Below the pieces are notes generated by a model, which was given only the letters and a program-made list of their open reading frames with translations, searched no databases and was not told the origin of the DNA. A DNA stretch of 64,000 nt from a virus, in the IMG/VR virus record IMGVR_UViG_3300029404_000062; one strand, written 5' to 3'. Positions 1 to 7,559 of this stretch are shown here, one piece after another. A program made the translations under genes and the position numbers. How positions within the stretch are numbered: the stretch's first letter is position 1; each line of letters opens with the position of its first letter.

Positions 1-1347
1 GAGCCAGTTCTGGTCGTAAATATTGGCGTAGCTCTGGATGGAGGAGTCGTTGTTGGGGTCCGCCAGACCTGCATTGCCCGCGCCAAACCAGTTGCAGACG
101 ATGGTGCTGACGGTTCCATTGCCGTCATCATAGACGATGGCAGAGTTCTCAACGGCCACCTGATAGCCCTCGGGCAGGTCATCCAGCACCGGGGCGCTTG
201 CCACGACCTCGCCGGTCTTCATATCAAGTGCAAGAAGGTTTACGGTATCCTGATTATCGGTGAACAGCACAAGGTTCGGTGTCAGTGTGGGAGAGCAGCC
301 GCCGCCCCATGCAAGACCGCCGCCGGTGGTCTTATCGCCTTCGCCGCTCACCTTTGCGCCTGCGCTCTCATAGGGCGTGCACCACACAACGTCTACGCCT
401 TCTTCTGCACGCAGAAGATAGCAGTTCTGGTTGGTCAGGATCACCGCGCCGTCCTTGGAGGCGGCGATGCCGTTCTCGGCACCCTCGCCGGGGGTCAGCT
501 CGTGGACAAAGACAGCCTTTGAAAGGTCTGCCTGCTCACCGTTCAGGATGGCATCAATGGCAGAACGGGCAATGTAGCCGATGACGCCCTGCTGCTGGCG
601 CTGCGGGTAAATGCGGAAGCCGCCCGTTGCAAACCAGAGGTTTCCGTCATAGTCAAAGACCACGGACAGAAGATTCTGCGTCAGTTCTTTTCCAAGTGCA
701 GCCTCGGCAGCCGCCTTGATATCAATGTCCAGCACCTTTTCAAATTCCGGCAGCACATTGCCGTTTTCGTCCGTTGCGCGGAGCATCAGCACATGGTTGT
801 TGCTCGTGGGGCAGACGATGCGGTTGGACGCGTCCATGAAGGTATAGGAGCTTTGGATGACGTACCCGCCGCCGTCATGCTTCTTCGGGGAGAAATAGCC
901 AAGCGTCTTTGTCTCCTCGGCGTTCAGGTCGCGGATGGCAATGCCGCCCAGCAGCGGCACAACAGCATGGCCGTAGCTGTCAAAATAGATGGCGGGAGAA
1001 GCATTTGCATTCGTTGTCTCGTAGGAAACGTTGATCTCGGGATAAATGCCCAGCGGCAGGATCTCATCCGTCGAGTCGGTGTTATAGCCGTCGTGATGAA
1101 TGTTTGCATCGCTCTTGGCCATATAGGGGTTTTCCTCCACCTGCTTGGGGTTCAATGCCTTTACCGGCAGCGACGCAGAGGTCGTCTGTGCAGAAGAGGG
1201 CTGCACAGCAGCGGACGATGCAGCGGGCTGCGAAGCTGCGCCGCTGTCTGCGGGCGTCTGCGTACCGCCGCAGGCGGCCATGGACAAGCACAATGCTGCG
1301 GTCAGTGACAAGCTTAACGCAGAATGGATGATCCTTTTCTTTTTCAT
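1..1347 (-). CDS. Secreted lipoprotein, 3'-truncated by window edge. N-terminus MKKKRIIHSALSLSLTAALCLSMAACGG has a signal peptide plus lipobox. Remainder of unknown function.
   Basis: Reverse-complement translation from ATG at 1345-1347, with RBS GGAGAACGG upstream. Lipobox L-S-M-A-A-C present. ORF continues to position 1 without a stop. Confidence 0.6.
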   Translation of the reverse strand, partial: MKKKRIIHSALSLSLTAALCLSMAACGGTQTPADSGAASQPAASSAAVQPSSAQTTSASLPVKALNPKQVEENPYMAKSDANIHHDGYNTDSTDEILPLGIYPEINVSYETTNANASPAIYFDSYGHAVVPLLGGIAIRDLNAEETKTLGYFSPKKHDGGGYVIQSSYTFMDASNRIVCPTSNNHVLMLRATDENGNVLPEFEKVLDIDIKAAAEAALGKELTQNLLSVVFDYDGNLWFATGGFRIYPQRQQQGVIGYIARSAIDAILNGEQADLSKAVFVHELTPGEGAENGIAASKDGAVILTNQNCYLLRAEEGVDVVWCTPYESAGAKVSGEGDKTTGGGLAWGGGCSPTLTPNLVLFTDNQDTVNLLALDMKTGEVVASAPVLDDLPEGYQVAVENSAIVYDDGNGTVSTIVCNWFGAGNAGLADPNNDSSIQSYANIYDQNWL

Positions 1348-1377
1348 AAACCGTTCTCCTTGTTGTGTTCGTTGCGG

Positions 1378-1767
1378 TCAGGTCGGCGCTGCTCTGCCGG
1401 ATTTTTTTTGATCCAGCCAGATGCAAAAACCCTGCCGCAGGGCGGCTTCGGTCACCGGCTCCAGCAGAAAATAGTCTGCACGCAGCCGGAAGGCATGGAG
1501 CGAAAAATCCAGATCGCTGCACCAGATAACACGTGTTTGGGGACAAAGCGCGCGCAGATGCTCTACTGCATTCAAGCCGTCGACACCCGGCAGGGCGATC
1601 ACGGCGTTTGTCAGCGGCTCGCTGCGTGCGGTTTCAAAAAAACTTTCCTGATCGTGGTAACAGTCCATTTGGGGAAACAAACAATGCTCGGCGCAGAACT
1701 GCAAGATCTGCTCTGTCAGAAAAGCTTCCTGCGCCCTGCTGTTTGTCAGCACGGCGATTCGGTACAC
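1378..1767 (-). CDS. Atypical receiver (CheY-like) domain protein lacking the canonical phospho-acceptor Asp.
   Basis: 129-aa ORF with GTG start preceded by AGGAGGA. Residues ALPGVDGLNAVEHLRA...YFLLEPV resemble the receiver fold, but the DD pair and acceptor Asp are replaced (IAVLTNS, AVIALPG). Confidence 0.4.
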   Translation of the reverse strand: MYRIAVLTNSRAQEAFLTEQILQFCAEHCLFPQMDCYHDQESFFETARSEPLTNAVIALPGVDGLNAVEHLRALCPQTRVIWCSDLDFSLHAFRLRADYFLLEPVTEAALRQGFCIWLDQKKSGRAAPT

Positions 1768-1961
1768 AGCTTTCCTCCTTTCTCTTCCTCCCTTATTGGG
1801 GGCTTCTGTCTCCAGTATACGGACAGGCGCGGTCTTTTCAAGGTATCTGGCACGAAAGCACTGTTTCCGTCACGAAATCCCGTTTTCTGCTGCGACAGAA
1901 CCGGGCAACTGTGCTATAATCAGGATGAAAGAGTTTATAAAGGAGGTTGGAAGCTATAACA

Positions 1962-2516
1962 ATGGCTTCTTGGTACAGCATGAGATTTGCGATCGTTGAC
2001 GACCTTGATACCGAGCGCACGCTGCTGAAGGAGCGCTTAGCGCGGCAGCTGCGCCAGCGCGGCACAGAAGCAGAGCTTTTAGAATTTGACAGCGGCGAAG
2101 CTTTTCTGGCGGCAGAAAAAGAGCGGCGCTTTACCGCCGCATTTCTGGATATTTACATGGAAGGCTTAAGCGGCATGGACGCGGCAAGGGAGCTTCGGAA
2201 AACAGATACGGACTGCCTTCTGGTTTTTACCACCACCTCGACAGACCATGCGCTTGAGGGCTTTCAGGTGCGGGCATTTCATTATCTGGTCAAGCCATTT
2301 TCCGAAACCGAGCTTTCCGGTCTGCTGGATAAAATGCTCTCAAAGCTCCCGCGCCCGGAGCCGATCCTGACGGTGAAGGTGGATGGCAGCGACATTCGTT
2401 TGCGCTATCGGGACATCATCCAGTCTGTCCAGCATATTGCAGAAAAGACCGGCGGCGCAAGTACGTTCACCTATCAGGATGGCGTTTTCTCCGCCAAGGT
2501 CATGCTCTGTGGGTAA
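1962..2516 (+). CDS. Response regulator with intact receiver domain (DD, D in DIYMEG, T, KP) fused to a short, possibly truncated, LytTR DNA-binding domain.
   Basis: ORF 1947-2516; ATG at 1962 lies downstream of AGGAGG at 1941-1946. Receiver motifs FAIVDDLD...AAFLDIYMEGLSGMDA...VFTTTSTD...YLVKPF are present. C-terminal ILTVKVDGSDIRLRYRDIIQSVQHI is LytTR-like but ends early. Confidence 0.55.
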   Translation: MASWYSMRFAIVDDLDTERTLLKERLARQLRQRGTEAELLEFDSGEAFLAAEKERRFTAAFLDIYMEGLSGMDAARELRKTDTDCLLVFTTTSTDHALEGFQVRAFHYLVKPFSETELSGLLDKMLSKLPRPEPILTVKVDGSDIRLRYRDIIQSVQHIAEKTGGASTFTYQDGVFSAKVMLCG

Positions 2517-2578
2517 TGGCGTCCCATCGTGCAGGGGCAGGCATCCCGTCTGACGCAAAACGCTTCGCCATTAAAAAA

Positions 2579-2626
2579 CCGCGAGGATGCGTTCATAAAA
2601 GCGCTTCCTCGCGGTTTGATCTTTTA
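2579..2626. terminator. Bidirectional rho-independent terminator between convergent genes.
   Basis: 10-bp stem CCGCGAGGA...TCCTCGCGG flanked by an A-run on the 5' side and TTTGATCTTTT on the 3' side. Confidence 0.6.
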
Positions 2627-2673
2627 TAGGTTTATTTTATAGCATTGTGCATTTTTACGCACAGGCATAAGTC

Positions 2674-4059
2674 TTAAACAGCGTAACCCTTGTTCTTAAT
2701 GACCTCCACGACCTGAGAGACGTACTTCTGGCAGGTGTCGTGGTCGGGGGCTTCCACCATCACGCGCACAAGCGGCTCAGTGCCGGACTCACGGACGAGG
2801 ATACGGCCGGTATCGCCCAGTGCTTCTGCAACGGCCTTGACGGCCTCCTGCACCGCCGGGTCGTTCTGTGCGGCCTTTTTGTCGGTGACGCGGACATTCT
2901 CCAGAACCTGCGGATAAATCTTCAGGGGCTCAGCCAGCTTGCTCATAGGCATCTTCTTGGCCAGCATAACTTCCATCATCTTGAGACTGGTCAGGATGCC
3001 GTCACCGGTGCTGGCGTACTTAGAGAAGATGATATGACCGCTCTGCTCGCCGCCGATACGGCAGCCGTTCTTAGCCATGTACTCGTAGACGTACTTGTCG
3101 CCCACAGCAGTCTTAGCGTAGCCAATGCCCTGCTCATCGAACGCCTTGTAGAGGCCAAAGTTGGACATAACAGTCGTGACTACGGTGTTGTTCATCAGCT
3201 CGCCGTGCTCCTTCATGTAGCAGCCGTAGATGTACAGAATGTGGTCGCCGGTGATGACATTGCCTTTCTCGTCCACGCACAGGCAGCGGTCAGCATCGCC
3301 GTCGAAGGCAAAGCCGACATCCAGACCGTTCTCCACCACAAACTTCTGCAGACCCTCAATATGGGTAGAGCCAGCATTGTTGTTGATATTCAGGCCATTG
3401 GGCTTGTTGTTGATAACATAGGTATCTGCACCCAGAGCATCGAAAACACTCTTAGCGATATTCCAGCTTGCACCGTTGGCACAGTCCAGACCGACCTTGA
3501 CGCCTTTGAAGGAGTAGATACCCAGAGAAATCAGATAACCCATATAACGGTTGCGACCTGCCACATAGTCCACCGTACAGCCGATGTGCTCGCGATGGGC
3601 AAAGGGCAGCTCCGGCCAGTCCTTATCAAACACATGAAGCTTGCCGTCGATGTAGTCCTCCACCAGCAGCAGAGTCTCTTCGGGCATTTTCTCGCCGTAG
3701 CAGTCGATCAGCTTGATACCGTTATCGTAGTAGGGGTTGTGGCTGGCAGAGATCATGATGCCGCAATCGAAATCGTCCACGCGGGCAATGTAAGCCACAG
3801 ACGGCGTAGTAGTGACGTGCAGCAGGTAGGCGTCTGCGCCGGAAGCGGTCAGGCCAGCGACAAGACTATATTCAAACATATAGGAGCTGCGGCGGGTGTC
3901 CTTGCCGATAACGATACGGGCAGGCTCGCTGTTGCCGTTGCGCTTGCGGAGCATATTATAATACCAGCCAAGGAAGCGGCCAACTTTGTAGGCGTGGTCG
4001 GCAGTCAGATCAATACCAGCTTCACCACGGAAGCCATCAGTTCCAAAGTACTTTCCCAT
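2674..4059 (-). CDS. glmM: Phosphoglucosamine mutase-like phosphohexomutase.
   Basis: N-terminus MGKYFGTDGFRG and active-site loop GIMISASHNPYYDNGIK (phosphoserine motif) are GlmM hallmarks. Product is ~460 aa. In-frame upstream extension of ORF 2674-4122 ignored; start at MGKYF has RBS GAGGTAA. Confidence 0.75.
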   Translation of the reverse strand: MGKYFGTDGFRGEAGIDLTADHAYKVGRFLGWYYNMLRKRNGNSEPARIVIGKDTRRSSYMFEYSLVAGLTASGADAYLLHVTTTPSVAYIARVDDFDCGIMISASHNPYYDNGIKLIDCYGEKMPEETLLLVEDYIDGKLHVFDKDWPELPFAHREHIGCTVDYVAGRNRYMGYLISLGIYSFKGVKVGLDCANGASWNIAKSVFDALGADTYVINNKPNGLNINNNAGSTHIEGLQKFVVENGLDVGFAFDGDADRCLCVDEKGNVITGDHILYIYGCYMKEHGELMNNTVVTTVMSNFGLYKAFDEQGIGYAKTAVGDKYVYEYMAKNGCRIGGEQSGHIIFSKYASTGDGILTSLKMMEVMLAKKMPMSKLAEPLKIYPQVLENVRVTDKKAAQNDPAVQEAVKAVAEALGDTGRILVRESGTEPLVRVMVEAPDHDTCQKYVSQVVEVIKNKGYAV

Positions 4060-4239
4060 TTCTTGATTACCTCGTTCCCAAAAGTGAACTTTTAATAGTG
4101 TATATGCTTTTCCCCGTCGCACGATGCTACCTGCGAAAAAGCATTGTCATCCGCATAGTGCATCGAATCAGGGACACTGTGAATTTAGTATAGCACAATT
4201 CTTGAAGCAAATCACCCTTTCTGCAGATTTTCTCCCTGC

Positions 4240-4292
4240 AGACACACAAAAACACCCTTCCTCTCACGGAAACCCGCAAAAGGAAGGGTGTT
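4240..4292 (-). terminator. Rho-independent terminator downstream of the GAPDH remnant, minus-strand sense.
   Basis: Stem ACACCCTTCC...GGAAGGGTGT followed on the minus strand by a TTTTTGTGTG run. An adjacent second hairpin TCTGCAG...CTGCAGA is present. Confidence 0.55.
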
Positions 4293-4402
4293 AAACTCAT
4301 TATCCTGTTGTCATACCGATCACAGCATATTCACACCAGCAAAGCCGGTATCAGCCGTTATTCAGCACGGCACCTCAAGCACTTTTGAGCGTAGAGCTGT
4401 GA

Positions 4403-4511
4403 TTAGCAGTTCTCAGCGAAGTACTTAATGGTACGGACCATCTGAGAGGTGTAGGAGTTCTCGTTGTCGTACCAAGACACGACCTGAACCTGATAGGTGT
4501 CGTCGTAGCTA
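4403..4511 (-). pseudogene. gap: 3'-terminal remnant (last ~36 codons) of the glyceraldehyde-3-phosphate dehydrogenase gene. The upstream body is absent and replaced by an AT-rich junction.
   Basis: Reverse-complement translation gives RSYDDTYQVQVVSWYDNENSYTSQMVRTIKYFAENC*, the canonical GAPDH C-terminus (VVSWYDNE, YFAE). Reading upstream hits an in-frame TAG at 4512-4514, followed by non-coding AT-rich DNA. Confidence 0.7.
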
Positions 4512-4845
4512 CGCTAAATTTTCACGATTTTTTTGTGATCGTTCATAATTTCGAAACAACAGTTACAGTACCACAGCATACCGTTGTCGTACCAAAACCG
4601 GCTTGTTCGTACCAAAATTATACCACGTTTAGGCGTTATTTTCAAGATCTTTCGCGATTTTGTGTTTTAGAATTATTCTATACATTTTACTTCTTTTTAC
4701 GTGCATATAATTTTCACATAGTATCGTGTACTCCTCGGAGCGTCCGGGACCCGGGGCTTCCGCCGGGGCGTTCGCCCTGCCCAGATGCGCTCCTCAGGGT
4801 GGGTGTGATGAGGGGTTGGATGATTCTGTTCGGTCTCCACGATCT

Positions 4846-5194
4846 CACGCTGAAGAGCATCGTACTGCTGCTGGGTGATCTCACCGTTGGCAAGCTGCTC
4901 ATTAGCCTGCTGTGCGGCAGTCTTCAGCGTTGCCAGCTTTTCCTTGGTGGCTTCAATGGCATCCTTGAGCATCTTTTGCTTCTGGACGACCAGTTCTGTA
5001 TTGGAGGGGTCCAACTTCAGGAGTTTGTTGACATCCTTCAGTCCGGACTGCGTCCCCTTGATTGACTTGTTTACACTTTCCAGTGCTTTGGAGAGCTTTG
5101 TGGTATCGCCGCCGATCTCAACGGTGATGCCCTGGATTCTGGATGCCATTTGCGTAACCACCTCCTCGCAGGCATGAAAAAAGCCCATCTGCAC
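4846..5194 (-). pseudogene. Duplicated 5' fragment of the tape-measure gene (first ~116 codons). ~96% nucleotide identity to 36010-36383, then diverges into an unrelated tail.
   Basis: ORF 4697-5194 translates to MQMGFFHA.EEVV..MASRIQGITVEIGGDTTKLSKALESVNKSIKGTQSGLKDVNKLLKLDPSNTELVVQKQKMLKDAIEATKEKLATLKTAAQQANEQLANGEITQQQYDALQREIVETEQN, identical to the TMP N-terminus at 30429-36383. Similarity extends 16 bp upstream of the ATG (GCATGAAAAAAGCCCATCTGCACG.AGCAGACAGGCTAAA). Confidence 0.8.
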
Positions 5195-5292
5195 GAAGCA
5201 GACAGGCTAAAGGAAAAAATGCTATTAGCTGTGTATCAAAGTCATCCTTTCAGCATACAATATATTTATCAGCAAATTTATCGACTAACCGG

Positions 5293-5321
5293 TTGATATT
5301 TTTGCAAACGTGTGCTATAAT
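5293..5321 (+). promoter_or_regulatory. Near-consensus sigma-A promoter upstream of the antitoxin gene.
   Basis: TTGATA, 17-nt spacer, TATAAT, followed by RBS AAAGGAG 10 nt before the ATG at 5348. Confidence 0.55.
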
Positions 5322-5347
5322 GCAATCAAAGAAAGGAGTTGACGATT

Positions 5348-5677
5348 ATGGCTTCTGTTATGAGTGCTATTACCAACACTGTTCCAATCACCCAATTCAA
5401 CCGTGGTCTTGCCGGAAAAATATTTGAAGATGTCAAGCAGTGCGGTGCCAAGGTTGTTATGAAAAACAATGCTGCCGAATGCGTTCTCATCTCCCCGGAC
5501 GAATATGTCCGTTTAATGGATGAATTAAATGATGCTCGTCTGCTGGCTGTTGCTTCTGAACGTATGGCACACTTTGATCCCACCTCTTTGATTTCTGAGG
5601 AAGAAATGAACCGCCGTCTCGGTGTTACAGAAGACGATCTCGCCGGTTTTGACGAGGTAGAAAGTCATCTTCCTTGA
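5348..5677 (+). CDS. Phd/YefM-family type II antitoxin, orphan: no cognate toxin gene follows.
   Basis: ITQFNRGLAGKIFEDVKQCGAKVVMKNNAAECVLISPDEYVRLMDELNDARLL matches the Phd/YefM antitoxin fold signature. The last ~8 codons run into the ParB-MTase gene fragment. Confidence 0.65.
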   Translation: MASVMSAITNTVPITQFNRGLAGKIFEDVKQCGAKVVMKNNAAECVLISPDEYVRLMDELNDARLLAVASERMAHFDPTSLISEEEMNRRLGVTEDDLAGFDEVESHLP

Positions 5678-5745
5678 CCTCCTTGCTGTGGACCTTGTTG
5701 AACAGGGTCTCAATCTCCGGCGGCTCAAAGGGATCAAAACTTCAG
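5652..5745 (-). pseudogene. ~95-bp internal fragment of a ParB-nuclease/DNA-methyltransferase gene (~88% identical to 60331-60425). Minus-strand translation ...PPEIETLFNKVHSKEVKEDDF.
   Basis: Direct nucleotide alignment of 5652-5745 with 60331-60425 inside CDS 59497-60765. Same orientation as the full gene. Confidence 0.65.
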
Positions 5746-5924
5746 CGTTTTGTATGAGTTCTCGGCATTTTCAGTTCATATAACTGTGAAATACAACCAA
5801 TTTCAGTGCCCTATATAGTGTGCAAAACAGGTTCTTTTCGACATTGCTACGTCAATATGGTTTGTTGAGTAGACATTTCTGGACTAAAAATGCGGCGGCG
5901 TAGTTGCTCGACAGGGGCGCAAAA

Positions 5925-6215
5925 AGCTCACTTATTGCGATATGTCGCTACATATCCGATTTTTGAGCATAAAAAAAGAAGCCGCCGATTATGGACGAAT
6001 CGACCGCTTCAAACTCCGTTTGGAGTAAAATGTTCACTTTTTTCTGGACAAGTGATTATTCTCACTTATATGGATTTTTAGTGATTATACTCACTTATTT
6101 TCGTCTGGATGATTCTATCACCCAGATATAAGGGTGCGTAAAAAGCTCACTTATTTTAAGTGAACATAATCACTTATTTTCAATAGCCGTAAGTGAGCTT
6201 AATCACTTATTTTTC
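5925..6215. repeat. Iteron-like array: at least 9 copies of (A)AGCTCACTTATT(TT) or its complement AATAAGTGA in both orientations within ~290 bp.
   Basis: Copies at approximately 5925, 6031, 6051, 6061, 6081, 6091, 6145, 6157, 6171, 6191 and 6203. The final pair forms inverted copies (TAAGTGAAC / GTAAGTGAGC). Confidence 0.6.
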
Positions 6216-6320
6216 ATGGTATGGGTCCCGCCCAGATGGTTACCTTCCGGCTTGCTAACAACTTAGCCTCCTGGATCGTGACCGTCTGGGCTGCTTTTTT
6301 CCTGCTTCGCCACACGCCCC

Positions 6321-6791
6321 TCACACTGCCCCACTGTCGCGTTTTATCGGCGAGGCCGAGGAACTTTCCGCAGCGGAGGTGTTTTCGCCACACAGGGGCT
6401 TTGTGGGGCTTTCGTCCAGAGCCTTTCCGTTTTCCACAAGGAACGGTGTACTCAGGTCAAAGCTCACAAGTTTTTGACCTGGGATGCTTTTCCCTTCCAT
6501 GCGGTAAGTCCTGCTCTTGTTCCAATGGGCATCCCGGTAGATCATCTGCACCAGTGCCTTGCACTTTATCTCACAGCTATTGCCTTCATTCAGCTTCGGC
6601 GTTTTATGAGAACCCACATCCTCGGCTGCACAATTCTGGACTGCCACTTGATTGGCCCGACGATTGTATAAAAAGCGATAATGTACCGGCCAGCCCAGAG
6701 CTTCCAAGGTGCTGCGGAAGATAGTGATCCTTCCATCCACCGCATTAAAGGTCATCCCCAGCATCCGCTGGTTCCATATTCTTTCGCTCAC
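6321..6791 (-). CDS. Stand-alone paralog of the serine-recombinase C-terminal domain (DUF4368-like), diverged copy.
   Basis: MTFNAVDGRITIFRSTLEALGWPVHYRFLY... aligns with rec1 residues ~415-520 (TIFNGKLRFNTACLKKFETVEYVELLL...) and with ORF 6843-7559. Confidence 0.45.
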   Translation of the reverse strand: MSERIWNQRMLGMTFNAVDGRITIFRSTLEALGWPVHYRFLYNRRANQVAVQNCAAEDVGSHKTPKLNEGNSCEIKCKALVQMIYRDAHWNKSRTYRMEGKSIPGQKLVSFDLSTPFLVENGKALDESPTKPLCGENTSAAESSSASPIKRDSGAV

Positions 6792-6842
6792 GTCTCTCCC
6801 CTCCTCAAAAATGGGCGCACTTTCCCCTTGGTATCGTTATGT

Positions 6843-7559
6843 TCAATCTGTTCCGGCACTCTGCCCGACTTCGGGGACCGCTTTCCCTGTCAGTATTCCC
6901 ATTGACACATATTCGTCCATCTGCTGAACTTCGGATTCCTTCAGATGTTCTTCTACAGGCACGCCAAAAGTACCCGCAATATCATCCGGGTAAAATCCCT
7001 TTCTGCTGCTTGCAGGCTTTTCTTCTGGTGTGTTATTCGGAGAATCGGCGGCACCTTTCTTCCGTCTCTGTCCTTCATGGAAAATCTCAGGCACGAGCAA
7101 ATCAAAGACATACAGGGTTTCACCCTCAAAGGTGATCCTGTATCCCAGCATCTTGTACCGGCATTCGCTATCCCAGCCCATCTCCTTATAGACCAGCTCG
7201 GCAAAAGGCTTGCAGGACATTTTTCTGCTCTTTCGCTTATCCGGTTTTGCAACGCACCAGCGCAGAGCGTCTTTATCATTTTCATCACAGCCGCGCACGA
7301 CAATTCGCTTCAAGTCACTGTTGAACATGACATGAACATAGACCACATCTTCCAGACCAGTAATGCAGGCCGTGTTGAATGTGATGCTGTCCTTGCGGAT
7401 CACGATGGCGGGGTCACGAAGATGAGCAAACAACTCTTTTCGCACGACCTGATATCCATCATACGAAAAGGTACTCTCCAGTTCTTCTGCTCTTGTGTCT
7501 CTATCATTTTGTTCTGCCTGCTCTTCTGATGGCAGAATTACAGTATTTTCCTCATTCAT
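6843..7559 (-). CDS. Stand-alone paralog of the serine-recombinase C-terminal domain (DUF4368-like). Overlaps the stop of recombinase 1 by 8 nt.
   Basis: YDGYQVVRKELFAHLRDPAIVIRKDSITFNTACITGLEDVVYVHVMFNSDLKRIVVRGCDENDKDALRW aligns along its length with the rec1 C-terminus (LTGYEVVRAQYFSTMQNPAMTIFNGKLRFNTACLKKFETVEYVELLLNSVDRCVAIRPCEKSNPNAIRW). Confidence 0.55.
   Translation of the reverse strand: MNEENTVILPSEEQAEQNDRDTRAEELESTFSYDGYQVVRKELFAHLRDPAIVIRKDSITFNTACITGLEDVVYVHVMFNSDLKRIVVRGCDENDKDALRWCVAKPDKRKSRKMSCKPFAELVYKEMGWDSECRYKMLGYRITFEGETLYVFDLLVPEIFHEGQRRKKGAADSPNNTPEEKPASSRKGFYPDDIAGTFGVPVEEHLKESEVQQMDEYVSMGILTGKAVPEVGQSAGTD

Noticed and set aside
279-1959. Several plus-strand ORFs (279-584, 793-1308, 1324-1959) in the first 2 kb
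   Set aside because: Arg-rich, low-complexity translations that overlap the minus-strand lipoprotein and receiver-like genes, which have RBS and signal-peptide support.
2740-4095. 451-aa plus-strand ORF overlapping glmM
   Set aside because: Antisense to a gene with clear phosphohexomutase motifs; its product has no recognisable features and a His/Val/Ala-rich composition typical of GC-rich antisense frames.
6221-6724. 167-aa plus-strand ORF starting at the end of the iteron array
   Set aside because: Overlaps the minus-strand DUF4368-like ORF, which has detectable similarity to the recombinase C-terminus. The plus frame is Pro/Arg/Cys-rich with no features.
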